This document shows positions 1-8,546 of a DNA stretch of 64,000 nucleotides, one piece after another. Origin of the DNA: Eubacteriales bacterium (GTDB lineage Bacteria; Bacillota; Clostridia; Oscillospirales; SIG627); assembly GCA_045660745.1 (NCBI GenBank), contig JAZREJ010000014.1, positions 10,342 to 74,341 on the forward strand, in the 5' to 3' direction. Both the position numbers and the translations under genes were made by a program. The notes under the pieces are model-generated. The model did no database searches. It saw nothing but the letters and a program-made list of their open reading frames with translations, and was not told the origin of the DNA. Numbering within the stretch: position 1 is the stretch's first letter; the number at the start of each line of letters is the position of its first letter.

Positions 1-269
1 AGCCCTGCACTCGATACTTCAAGGCAGTAACTGTCCTGAATGGGGTCTGCCTCGTCAAGAATCGGATTGACGGCATGAGTTACGTCAACGCAATCATCAA
101 TGGTTATCTCTCTGTCATCGCGGTCAAGCGTGAGAACAAGATTATACTCAGAGCCTTCCTTCCTGTACTCAACGTCCCACAGGATAAATCCAAGAGAGTT
201 TACGGTCTCTTCAACAAGTGCCCATACCCTCTCGGCAATGTTTTTGCCGGACGCTTCTTTTTTTGCCAT
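1..269 (-). CDS. rimP: ribosome maturation factor RimP (5' part; gene continues past the left edge)
   Basis: Absent from the ORF track because there is no stop in the window. Reverse-strand ATG at 269 with GGAGG 5 nt upstream. Translation MAKKEASGKNIAERVWALVEETVNSLGFILWDVEYRKEGSEYNLVLTLDRDD...YCLEVSSAGL looks like the RimP N-terminal domain. Confidence 0.75.
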   Translation of the reverse strand, partial: MAKKEASGKNIAERVWALVEETVNSLGFILWDVEYRKEGSEYNLVLTLDRDDREITIDDCVDVTHAVNPILDEADPIQDSYCLEVSSAG

Positions 270-282
270 TTTTACCTCCTTA

Positions 283-316
283 ACAAAAATCAAAGAGAGT
301 GGCAACCACTCTCTTT
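283..316 (-). terminator. intrinsic terminator-like hairpin between pheT and rimP (also a candidate rimP leader attenuator)
   Basis: Reverse strand reads AAAGAGAGTGG-TTG-CCACTCTCTTT (11-bp perfect stem, 292-316) followed by GATTTTTG. It lies 85 nt after the pheT stop and 22 nt before the rimP ATG. Confidence 0.7.
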
Positions 317-343
317 CATCCTTTGTATTCATAATTCGAACAC

Positions 344-372
344 AGTATACCACACGTTTTCGGAAAAATCAA
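344..372 (-). promoter_or_regulatory. sigma-A-type promoter upstream of the rimP leader
   Basis: Reverse strand: TTGATT (372-367), 17-nt spacer, TATACT (349-344), with an extended -10 TG (TGgTATACT). Confidence 0.55.
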
Positions 373-400
373 GACTTTTTTGAAAAAATGTGGTTTTTTC

Positions 401-2839
401 TTATGCCATACGGATATCTGCCTCTATTGACTTGGTGAGCTTTTTGATAACGTTCTTAGCAACTGCCTCAATCTCATCACCCGTAAGCGTCTTTTCTCCC
501 GAGCCTATTACAAGACGGATGGTTACCGACTTTTTGCCATCCGGAATCTGCTTACCCTTATATTCGTCAACAAAGAGCACATCCTGAAGGAATTCTGCCT
601 TCTTGCTCATAACAGCGGCATAGATGTCATCCCACTTGACCATAGAATCAACGAGGAAGGACAGATCATAGTTGTTCATGGGGAATTCGGGAACGTGTAC
701 GAATTTGTTGGTTCTTGAATTGAAGGGCTGGAATGCTTCCATATCAATTTCAACAAGCACGCAGGAAAGAACCTTGATACCGCAAGCCATTGTAGCTTTC
801 TTGGAAAGAAGTGCAATATCGCCTATCTTCTCATCTCCAAGGTAAATGTTCATCCACACAGTATCGTCTGCCCAATACGGCTTTTCTGTCTGGCGGAACT
901 CAAAACCTTCCATATGGGTATAGCGAGGCATTGCCGCAATAACGCCCTTTGCACGGCGGAAAAGTGCTGAAATATTGTCAGCCTTACCTGCAAATGCACA
1001 GCCAAGGTGCTTTCTCTGATAAGGAAGCTTCTCGATGGGAGAATAAGGAGTGGAATAGTCTCGGTCTGCAAAAACCTGCGCCTCTTCAAAAATTGCAAAT
1101 TCCTCAAAGTTACGCTCGTTCTTCTGTACAGCCTTACAGATGTTGGGAAGAAGGGTGGAGCGAATGTACTTCTCAGAGGGAGAAGGAGGAGTAGAGAGCG
1201 CGAGAACTCCGTCGGTATTTTCAAGGATAGCCTCAACAAAGGTGTCGGTCATCCATGGGTATGTGAATATTTCCTGCATATTGCAACGGAATGCAAGATA
1301 TTCCTTGACACGACGTACAAGATCCATATCAAGCTGGTTGATAGCAGCATCAAAGGTGGTTGTGATGGGAGTCGGCTCGAAATTCTCGTAGCCGTACATA
1401 CGGGCAACCTCTTCCATGATATCAGCCTTAATTGAAACATCACCTGTTGAACGCCATGTGGGAACCACGATATGCATACCTTTGTCGGTAAAGGTTACCT
1501 CATATCCCATGGTACCAAGCTTCCTTGCAACGATTTCCTGAGGAATACGCATACCTAGTCTTCTGTCAAGCCAGTCGAAGTCAACGTCAATCTCCTTCTT
1601 GACAAGGCGGTTTACGTAAAGATCCTTATAGGATATGACCTTCATGTCGGGATAAAGCTCTGCAAAAAGCTTCATGGCAAGAGAAACTGCCATATCGCAT
1701 CTTTCGGGATCTATCGCCTTTTCATAGCGTGAAGACGCTTCGGTACGGTTGTCGTATCTGAGAGCAGTACGTCTTACGGTCTTGGAGTCAAAGTTTGCGA
1801 CCTCAAGTATTACGCTGTTTGTATCGGGAAGTACCGAATCCTTTGCGCCTCCCATAACACCCGCAAGTGCAACAGCGCCCTCGGAGTCTGAGATGACAAG
1901 GTCATCAGTTGTAAGCTCAAGCGCCTTATCGTTGAGAAGGAGGAGCTTTTCACCCTCCTTAGCGGGTCTTACCTCAATGTAATCCGCAATATGGTTTGAA
2001 TCAAAAACGTGGGTAGGCTGACCGAGAGCGAGCATTACGTAGTTTGTAACGTCAACGAGTGCGTTAATGGGACGCATGCCTACACGCCAAATACGGCTCT
2101 GCATTTCAAAGGGTGAGGGCTTTACGCCAAGTCCCTCTATCTTTGCACCGATGTAGCGGGGACACTTTTCGCTGTCGGCAATACGAACGTCGAATTCCAC
2201 GTTTGTCTCGGGAACGTAGTTATCAAATTCAACAAGGGGAAGATCGTAAAGAGCGGCAAGCTCACGCGCAATTCCGTAGTGACCCCAAAGGTCGGGACGA
2301 TTCGTCATAGACTTGTTGTCTATTTCAAGAATGATATCGTCAAGACCGAGCGCTTTTGCAACGGGAGTTCCCGCGGGAACGTCAAGGTTTGACATATCCA
2401 TTATCATGTGCTCCTCTTCAGCAGGGAAAAGGTCACCGAGACCTACCTCGTCAGAGGCACATATCATACCAAAGCTTGCAACTCCGCGAAGCTTGGTGTT
2501 CTTTATTTCAACCGGCTCTCCCTCTCCGTGCCAGCGTACCATTGCGCCGGGAGCGGCAACAACTACCTTTTCTCCCTCGTAAAGGTTGCTGCCTCCGCAA
2601 ACGATATCCTTGATATCCTCAGCCCCTATATCAACCTTACATACGCGGAGCTTATCTGCGTTAGGATGAGGCAATACTTCCTTGATAACACCGATGAGGA
2701 TGTTGTCAAAATCACGGCCGAGGTCATGAGCTCCCTCAACCTCAACGGTAGACATAGTGAGGTCGTACGCAAGTCTTGAAAGATCCATGTCGTCGGGAAT
2801 CTTTACATAGTCTTTTATCCAATTAAGCGATAATTTCAT
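401..2839 (-). CDS. pheT: phenylalanine--tRNA ligase beta subunit
   Basis: 836-aa track ORF trimmed to the ATG at 2839 (MKLSLNWIKDYV..., GGAGGAAAAA just upstream). Length and sequence are typical of bacterial PheT. It sits directly downstream of pheS. Confidence 0.93.
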   Translation of the reverse strand: MKLSLNWIKDYVKIPDDMDLSRLAYDLTMSTVEVEGAHDLGRDFDNILIGVIKEVLPHPNADKLRVCKVDIGAEDIKDIVCGGSNLYEGEKVVVAAPGAMVRWHGEGEPVEIKNTKLRGVASFGMICASDEVGLGDLFPAEEEHMIMDMSNLDVPAGTPVAKALGLDDIILEIDNKSMTNRPDLWGHYGIARELAALYDLPLVEFDNYVPETNVEFDVRIADSEKCPRYIGAKIEGLGVKPSPFEMQSRIWRVGMRPINALVDVTNYVMLALGQPTHVFDSNHIADYIEVRPAKEGEKLLLLNDKALELTTDDLVISDSEGAVALAGVMGGAKDSVLPDTNSVILEVANFDSKTVRRTALRYDNRTEASSRYEKAIDPERCDMAVSLAMKLFAELYPDMKVISYKDLYVNRLVKKEIDVDFDWLDRRLGMRIPQEIVARKLGTMGYEVTFTDKGMHIVVPTWRSTGDVSIKADIMEEVARMYGYENFEPTPITTTFDAAINQLDMDLVRRVKEYLAFRCNMQEIFTYPWMTDTFVEAILENTDGVLALSTPPSPSEKYIRSTLLPNICKAVQKNERNFEEFAIFEEAQVFADRDYSTPYSPIEKLPYQRKHLGCAFAGKADNISALFRRAKGVIAAMPRYTHMEGFEFRQTEKPYWADDTVWMNIYLGDEKIGDIALLSKKATMACGIKVLSCVLVEIDMEAFQPFNSRTNKFVHVPEFPMNNYDLSFLVDSMVKWDDIYAAVMSKKAEFLQDVLFVDEYKGKQIPDGKKSVTIRLVIGSGEKTLTGDEIEAVAKNVIKKLTKSIEADIRMA

Positions 2840-2852
2840 CTGTTTTTCCTCC

Positions 2853-3890
2853 TTAACGGAACTGACCGAGGAATCGGAGGTCTGTTCCGTGGAACAGGCG
2901 CACGTCATCAACGCCGTAGCGCATCATAACAAGTCTGTCAAGTCCTATATTTACATAAAAGCCCGTGTATTCGTCGGGATCAACACCTGCCGCACGGAGA
3001 ACGTTGGGATGAGGTGTTCCGCCGGGCATTATCTCGATCCATCCGACGTGCTTACATACACTGCAACCCTTGCCTCCGCAAACAAGACAGCCCATGTCAA
3101 TTTCAAAGCCCGGCTCAACAAAGGGGAAGAAGCCCGCTCTCATTCTTACGGGTACGTCCTGTCCGAAAACCTTGGAAAGAATGCTCTTTATCATAACCTT
3201 ACCCGAGGTATATGTGAGATCCTTATCAACAATGAGTGCCTCATATTGGAAGAATGCGCGCTCGTGACGGGCATCGGTGGTCTCGTTGCGGTAAACTCTT
3301 CCGGGGTAAACAAAACGGTAGGGAGGCTTGTGTGTCTGCATATAACGGACACTTCCGCCGGTCAAGTGAGGTCTGAGACAAAGCTTCTCGTTAGCCTCGC
3401 CCGAGTCATGTCCCTCAAGCCAATAAGTATCCATGCTCTCACGGGCGGGATGGTTCGGAGGGAAATTGAGGTTATCGAATGCGTAATATTCACTTGTGAT
3501 CTCGGGACCGTGGTAGATTTCAAATCCCATGGAACGGAATGCGTCGTTGAGGTCATAGCACATCTGTGTTATGGGATGAAGACCACCAATCTGAGGCTCA
3601 ATTCCGGGAAGTGTGCAGTCAAAGTCGGGGGATATCTCACTCGCCTTGAGGAGTATCGCCTCGCGTCTGCCCTCTATCTGTTCGGTCAAAAGTGCCTTGA
3701 CCTGATTTACAGCCTTGCCCATTTCAGGACGAAGCGCCACGTCAAGCTTGGGTATCTCCTTCAGGAGTTCAGTAATGACACCGTTTTTGCCGAGAAGTGA
3801 AGCGCGTACTTCCTGAAGCTCGCTCTCGGACTTTGCTCCTTCTATTTTCTCCGCACCCTCACGGAGTAATAAATCAAGTTTTTCTTTCAT
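2853..3890 (-). CDS. pheS: phenylalanine--tRNA ligase alpha subunit
   Basis: Track ORF trimmed to the ATG at 3890 (MKEKLDLLLREGAEKIEG...). Class II synthetase motifs are present (RPHLTGGSVRYM, FFPFVEPGFE, GLDRLVMMRYG). It is followed 13 nt later by pheT. Confidence 0.93.
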   Translation of the reverse strand: MKEKLDLLLREGAEKIEGAKSESELQEVRASLLGKNGVITELLKEIPKLDVALRPEMGKAVNQVKALLTEQIEGRREAILLKASEISPDFDCTLPGIEPQIGGLHPITQMCYDLNDAFRSMGFEIYHGPEITSEYYAFDNLNFPPNHPARESMDTYWLEGHDSGEANEKLCLRPHLTGGSVRYMQTHKPPYRFVYPGRVYRNETTDARHERAFFQYEALIVDKDLTYTSGKVMIKSILSKVFGQDVPVRMRAGFFPFVEPGFEIDMGCLVCGGKGCSVCKHVGWIEIMPGGTPHPNVLRAAGVDPDEYTGFYVNIGLDRLVMMRYGVDDVRLFHGTDLRFLGQFR

Positions 3891-3924
3891 GTTCTTTTCC
3901 TCTTTTATAGGATGATGATAGATT

Positions 3925-3953
3925 ATTATATCACACTTAAATTGCCTTTGCAA
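3925..3953 (-). promoter_or_regulatory. sigma-A-type promoter of pheST
   Basis: Reverse strand: TTGCAA (3953-3948), 17-nt spacer, TATAAT (3930-3925), with an extended -10 TG (TGaTATAAT). It lies about 35 nt upstream of the pheS ATG. Confidence 0.65.
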
Positions 3954-4057
3954 TAGAATAATTGTATTTTCATACCTATTATTCCAAAAAAACACCTAAC
4001 AAGCACAAAAACAATCTTTTCGCAAAGTGAAACAAACAATACAAGGCGAAATTAAGT

Positions 4058-4110
4058 GGGAGACCCGACGGCTTACAACCATAAGTCGAGAGTCTCCCAT
4101 CTTATTTTTT
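4058..4110. terminator. strong hairpin after the CofE-like gene, with an A-tract on one side and a T-tract on the other (bidirectional terminator-like)
   Basis: GGGAGAC(4058-4064)...GTCTCCC(4092-4098) with an inner CGAC/GTCG pairing. On the plus strand it is followed by ATCTTATTTTTT; on the minus strand only by ACTTAATTTCG. Confidence 0.5.
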
Positions 4111-4143
4111 AACAAAGTAGTACAACTTTTATCGTTGCAAAAA

Positions 4144-5346
4144 TCAGTTGGTGTAATTATCGAAATAACCCTGTACCAATACTACAGGTGTACCCTTATC
4201 ACCGGAACCGCTGGTAAGATCGCAAAGAGAACCGATAAGATCGGTAAGCTGACGGGGGGTAGTGCCCTGAGATGCCATGTTTCCTACAAGACTCTCATTA
4301 CCCTTTTCACGAATGCTCTTGGATATAGCTTCCTTGAGCGCCTCTCCGGAAAGATCCTTGTAATCGTTATCGGCAAGGTACTTAAGCTTGAGCTCATTGG
4401 GAGTACCTATGAGTCCGTCTGTGAACGCGGGAGAAACAACAGGGTCAGCAAGCTCCCAGATCTTCCCCTGAGGATCCTTGAATGCACCATCTCCGTAAAC
4501 CATTACTTCAACATGCTTGCCCGTTGCATCAAAAAGCTTCTTCTGAATATCAAACACAAGCTCACGGCACTCGCGGGGGAAAAGCTTTATCTTGTCCTCG
4601 GTAGACTTATTGGATCCAAGAAGACCATACTTTTCATTGTAGCCACTTCCGTTAACGGGAGCGTTCATAATATCATCAAGACCGCAAACAACACGTGCAC
4701 CTGCCGCCTTAAGTATTCTCTTGGTACGAGCACGGGTGTGTATATCACAGGTAATAACAGCATCTGTATAATCAAGAATTGTCTTTGCCTGATTAGCGAA
4801 AACTATTTCAACCTCAGCTCCCATCTCACGAATAAGATCACCGTAATACTTAACGTAGTCAACGCCTGTAAACTCGTGCTTGTTTTCACCGAAAAGCTCT
4901 CTGTAGCGCTCAAGCGATAGAACGTCGGAGTAAGGATTTACCCCTGCCTCATCTATTTTATCAAGACTTACAAGCTCATTTCCTACCTCATCAGACGGAT
5001 AGCTGAGCATAAGAACTATCTTCTTTGCTCCCTTAGCAATACCTCTGAGGCATATAGCAAAACGGTTACGCGAAAGGATGGGGAATATTACTCCCACAGT
5101 GCCTCCTCCAAGCTTTGCGCGAACGTCATCGGCAATATTGTCTACAGTCGCATAGTTTCCCTGTACACGTGCTACAATAGACTCGGTGAGAGATACAACA
5201 TCTCTGTCGCGGAGCTCAAAGCCCTCGCTCTCTGCCGCCTCAAGCACACTTGAAGTAACCAAAGTTGCGATATCGTCGCCCTCGCGGAAAATAGGGCAAC
5301 GTATTCCTCTTGAAACTGTACCGACTTCTCTTTGTTTTCTTGCCAT
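4144..5346 (-). CDS. F420-0:gamma-glutamyl ligase (CofE)-like family protein
   Basis: Track ORF trimmed to MARKQREVGTVSRGIRCPIFREGDDI... (ATG 5346). N-terminal and C-terminal (VMVYGDGAFKDPQGKIWELADP) regions resemble the long about 400-aa CofE-like proteins of Firmicutes. Recalled homology only. Confidence 0.5.
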   Translation of the reverse strand: MARKQREVGTVSRGIRCPIFREGDDIATLVTSSVLEAAESEGFELRDRDVVSLTESIVARVQGNYATVDNIADDVRAKLGGGTVGVIFPILSRNRFAICLRGIAKGAKKIVLMLSYPSDEVGNELVSLDKIDEAGVNPYSDVLSLERYRELFGENKHEFTGVDYVKYYGDLIREMGAEVEIVFANQAKTILDYTDAVITCDIHTRARTKRILKAAGARVVCGLDDIMNAPVNGSGYNEKYGLLGSNKSTEDKIKLFPRECRELVFDIQKKLFDATGKHVEVMVYGDGAFKDPQGKIWELADPVVSPAFTDGLIGTPNELKLKYLADNDYKDLSGEALKEAISKSIREKGNESLVGNMASQGTTPRQLTDLIGSLCDLTSGSGDKGTPVVLVQGYFDNYTN

Positions 5347-5453
5347 TTTCAACCCTTCTTCTTTTTTAAAATTAAATAAAAAGTCCATAACAGGGGTATT
5401 ATATCACAACTTTGTTACAATATCAATATTTATGTCAAATTTTTTTAATTTTT

Positions 5454-7877
5454 TTAATCCTCAAAAACTTTTATGACAGCAACCGACATATCGTCACGAG
5501 CCGAAAAGCGGGACAGCGCAAGAGAAAGTATCTTTTTTGAAAGGTCAGAGGCGGAAAGCGTTCGATTTTCCGATACAATACGGGATATCGGAAAATCTTC
5601 ATTATCCGCAACGCCATCCGACAGCAGTACTATAATATCTCCTCCTCTCAATGTGATTCCCGTCTCCTCTGCGGATATATCCTCAATTATACCAACCGGA
5701 GGCGTTTTGGAAGAAACCGTATACACCTTTCCGCCTCGATATACAAATGACGGTGATGCCCCTACCTTAACAAAAGACGCTTTCCCTCGGTAAAGGTCTA
5801 TTTCTACAAGATCAAGCGTTGTGAAAACCTCTGTATCACACTTAAGAAGCATGCGGTTGAGCATCTCAATGCTCACACTCTTATCCCCTGCACACGAAAG
5901 AAGCTTTTCAAGAAACACCGATGCAAGTCTTGATGTAAGTGCCGCCTCCCTGCCACTTCCCATTCCGTCACAGATAAGAGAATAGAACATTCCTGTGTCA
6001 TTCTCAAAGAAGGACACCGTATCACCGTTGGTGGTCTCCCCTTTTTTGCCGCAGGTATTTTTGGCACATTCAAGATGCACACTGCGTCGGCGCTTCATCC
6101 TGAGCACCGACACGCTGTCTTCAAGGATAAATTCCGGCTCCTCAAACTTCATTCCAAGCGCATTCTCAAAAGCACTGACTATATCAAGAGAGGTTAATGT
6201 TATCTTTTCGTGTCTGATACCTACAGTATCAATAACGGTATTTCTTCCTCCCCATGCCTCAACGAATCCGTATTCTATACCTAACCTTTCAAGAAGCGCT
6301 ACAACCTCACGCGATATTCTTTCGTCGGTATTCGGATCGGAAGAGAAATTTTCGGCAGTGCTTTTTAAGAGCTTTGACACCGTCCTATATTCTCCCGCAA
6401 TGAGATTCACCTCATCAAGGTTCCCGTGCTTTGATAAAAACATTCTTTTTTCCCGATTGATATCCGCACATATCTCATCCTTATAAACGCATCTTTCCTT
6501 GAAGTGCTTCGGCAGTGCTTCCTTTGTAACAACGTCATTTCTGGTGCTGGAGAGCGAAAGTTCATCTGTTGCCGCCCCGAACTCCTCTGCATGTCTGCCG
6601 TGGCAAACAGCAGCTGCCGTACAGGAGGCGCAACGGGTATTTACAACATACGTCACTTTGCGTCTCCATTCGTCCTCCCCTTCCTCCTTCTGCCTTTCGC
6701 CGACAGCAAAAAACACCTCCGAAAGTCCCGAAAATGCACCGGACAGGCGCTCAAGTCTGTCACGCGGTATCCTATTTTTCTCTTTCGGGGTTTTTGGAAG
6801 AGCGATACTCTTCAACACCGCGCGGGTCCTTACAAGTATAGGGAACATAACAAGGGATGACAAGAGCACTTCCGGAAGTGTTGTAAGGAAGCCTTCCGAG
6901 CCTCCTGTAAACACGGACACCACGGTTGAGACAAGCACGCTTACAGTAAGTGCATACAGGTCCCTCGGGAAGAAAAGTGACGACATTGCACCGACAATGC
7001 CGAGGACTGCCGAATAAACGGGAGAAGAACAGGCAATACCGAGAGCGGTTCCTACAAGTGCCCCTTTAAGCCCACCATATCTTTTCGACATATACAGGGT
7101 GGCACAGGTGCTGAGTAAGAGTGACAGAGACAAATAGAATATTTTTATCTCTCCCAGGGAAAGAACGGTAAGAAATGCAACCGACAGAATGCCCGCAAAA
7201 AATCTTTCGCTCTCCTTTGTGTCAAGCCTTGCACGTCCTACCCTGTCGTACAGAGCGGTGAATAAAAACGTGAATATCGGTGTAACACAAACAAGTGTCA
7301 CCCAAGACACAAGTGACAGCAGTGCAAAATCCGAAACAAGCGCGTAAAGCACCCCTGTCAAAAACGCAGATGCGAGCGACATGAGGCATCTTACCGAAAC
7401 TCTCTCGGAAAAAGAAGCTGACGTAAAAACACTTCTCAGAACAAAAACAAAAATAAATACGGAGAAATAAAGTACCCCAACATCCTCCATAAAAAGCGTG
7501 GCTATACAAACGGAAGCAAGTGACAGCGCTACAGCAAGCCGAGGAACGAAAACGCCGATTTTCTTTTTGCATCCCGAGGCGCAAAGTACTGCGAGCGAAA
7601 CGGGATAAGTGCTTTCACCCATGGCGGTTGCAGACAGTATAATGGAAAGGACACACAGAATGATACTTACGCTGAGTACCCTGACTCGCTCTCTTGTACC
7701 AAGGCGTTCTTTCTCAAGCTCCTCACCGAGCAAAACCGAATATTTTTCAAAAAAACCGCGGGCTGCCTTTTTTAAAAAATCCTTTGTTTTTTTTACACTT
7801 TCTTGCAGAAGTCCCTTTCTGTCAAGACTCTTCTGTTCTTCATTTTCACGTACTTTTTCCTCAACTGTGTTTTTCAT
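5454..7877 (-). CDS. spoIIE: stage II sporulation protein E (membrane PP2C phosphatase)
   Basis: About 330 aa of multiple TM helices, a central domain and a C-terminal PP2C domain (LICDGMGSGREAA...VLLSDGVADN). The ATG at 7877 (MKNTVEEK) is preferred over the GTG at 7892 because of the promoter position and an AAAGGAAAG RBS. Confidence 0.9.
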   Translation of the reverse strand: MKNTVEEKVRENEEQKSLDRKGLLQESVKKTKDFLKKAARGFFEKYSVLLGEELEKERLGTRERVRVLSVSIILCVLSIILSATAMGESTYPVSLAVLCASGCKKKIGVFVPRLAVALSLASVCIATLFMEDVGVLYFSVFIFVFVLRSVFTSASFSERVSVRCLMSLASAFLTGVLYALVSDFALLSLVSWVTLVCVTPIFTFLFTALYDRVGRARLDTKESERFFAGILSVAFLTVLSLGEIKIFYLSLSLLLSTCATLYMSKRYGGLKGALVGTALGIACSSPVYSAVLGIVGAMSSLFFPRDLYALTVSVLVSTVVSVFTGGSEGFLTTLPEVLLSSLVMFPILVRTRAVLKSIALPKTPKEKNRIPRDRLERLSGAFSGLSEVFFAVGERQKEEGEDEWRRKVTYVVNTRCASCTAAAVCHGRHAEEFGAATDELSLSSTRNDVVTKEALPKHFKERCVYKDEICADINREKRMFLSKHGNLDEVNLIAGEYRTVSKLLKSTAENFSSDPNTDERISREVVALLERLGIEYGFVEAWGGRNTVIDTVGIRHEKITLTSLDIVSAFENALGMKFEEPEFILEDSVSVLRMKRRRSVHLECAKNTCGKKGETTNGDTVSFFENDTGMFYSLICDGMGSGREAALTSRLASVFLEKLLSCAGDKSVSIEMLNRMLLKCDTEVFTTLDLVEIDLYRGKASFVKVGASPSFVYRGGKVYTVSSKTPPVGIIEDISAEETGITLRGGDIIVLLSDGVADNEDFPISRIVSENRTLSASDLSKKILSLALSRFSARDDMSVAVIKVFED

Positions 7878-7905
7878 TGTCTTTCCTTTCACCTTGTTTT
7901 TTTAT

Positions 7906-7938
7906 ATTGTACGAAAAGAGTATTTAAAACGGTGTCAA
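7906..7938 (-). promoter_or_regulatory. spoIIE promoter with a 21-bp spacer (Spo0A-activated architecture)
   Basis: Reverse strand: TTGACA (7938-7933), 21-nt spacer, TACAAT (7911-7906). The -35 element is embedded in TTTGACA, one mismatch from the 0A box TTCGNCA. Confidence 0.55.
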
Positions 7939-8101
7939 AAGATGGCGTGCCTTTTGCACTACTTTTGATGGATTACTTTGAAAACACAATATATAGATAT
8001 TATTTTGTCGCATTTTTTAAAAAAAACACAAAATATTCTATCATAACTCTATTTACTTTTAATATAATATATGCTACAATACAGAAAAAGGAGGGATAGT
8101 T

Positions 8102-8545
8102 ATTTTATACACTTGGATTACTGTTTTTATTATTGCCGTAATTGTTGAAGCAATAACGCCAAACCTTGCTACCATATGGTTTATCCCGGCATCCCTTATT
8201 GCCGCTCTCGCCGCGGCGCTTGATGCACCATTGTGGCTACAGGTTACTTTATTCATTGTGTCGGGAGTTGTTTGTCTTGTCACAACAAAACCTCTTTTCG
8301 AAAAGATACTCAAGGTTGTACCCACTCAAAAAACCAATGCCGATGCACTTATAGGTAAGACTGCGTCGGTAATTGAAGATATTGACAATCTTAATGAAAA
8401 CGGAGCAGTCAAGGTAGAGGGCAAGGTATGGACCGCGAGAAATGCCGACGGAAACAGCGTTATTCCCTCAGGAAAGTTCGTAACAGTCCGTGAGATAAAA
8501 GGGGTAAAACTCATGTGCTCAATAAATACAGACAAGGAGAATTGA
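8102..8545 (+). CDS. NfeD family membrane protein (partner of the SPFH protein)
   Basis: The track ORF (8231-8545, TTG) lacks the N-terminal TM helices. The frame is open from 8063 and encodes ..YTWITVFIIAVIVEAITPNLATIWFIPASLIAALAAAL.., typical of an NfeD N-terminus. GGAGG at 8090-8094 is 7 nt before ATT 8102. The C-terminal OB-fold part reads GKVWTARN...FVTVREIKGVKL. The stop lies 1 nt before the SPFH ATG (TGAtATG). Confidence 0.7.
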   Translation: MLYTWITVFIIAVIVEAITPNLATIWFIPASLIAALAAALDAPLWLQVTLFIVSGVVCLVTTKPLFEKILKVVPTQKTNADALIGKTASVIEDIDNLNENGAVKVEGKVWTARNADGNSVIPSGKFVTVREIKGVKLMCSINTDKEN

Positions 8546-8546
8546 T

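Noticed and set aside
2889-3800. 303-aa plus-strand ORF (plus other shorter ORFs) inside pheS/pheT
   Set aside because: Entirely antisense to strongly recognisable pheS. The composition is typical of shadow ORFs, with no RBS and no recognisable motifs.
3891-4143. T-box riboswitch upstream of pheS
   Set aside because: Read on the coding strand, there is no T-box consensus (no ..GGTGGTACCGCG..-like element), no specifier-loop architecture, and the promoter lies too close to the ATG.
4027-4920. 297-aa plus-strand ORF
   Set aside because: Antisense to the CofE-like gene. Ile/Leu/Lys-rich shadow frame with no start context.
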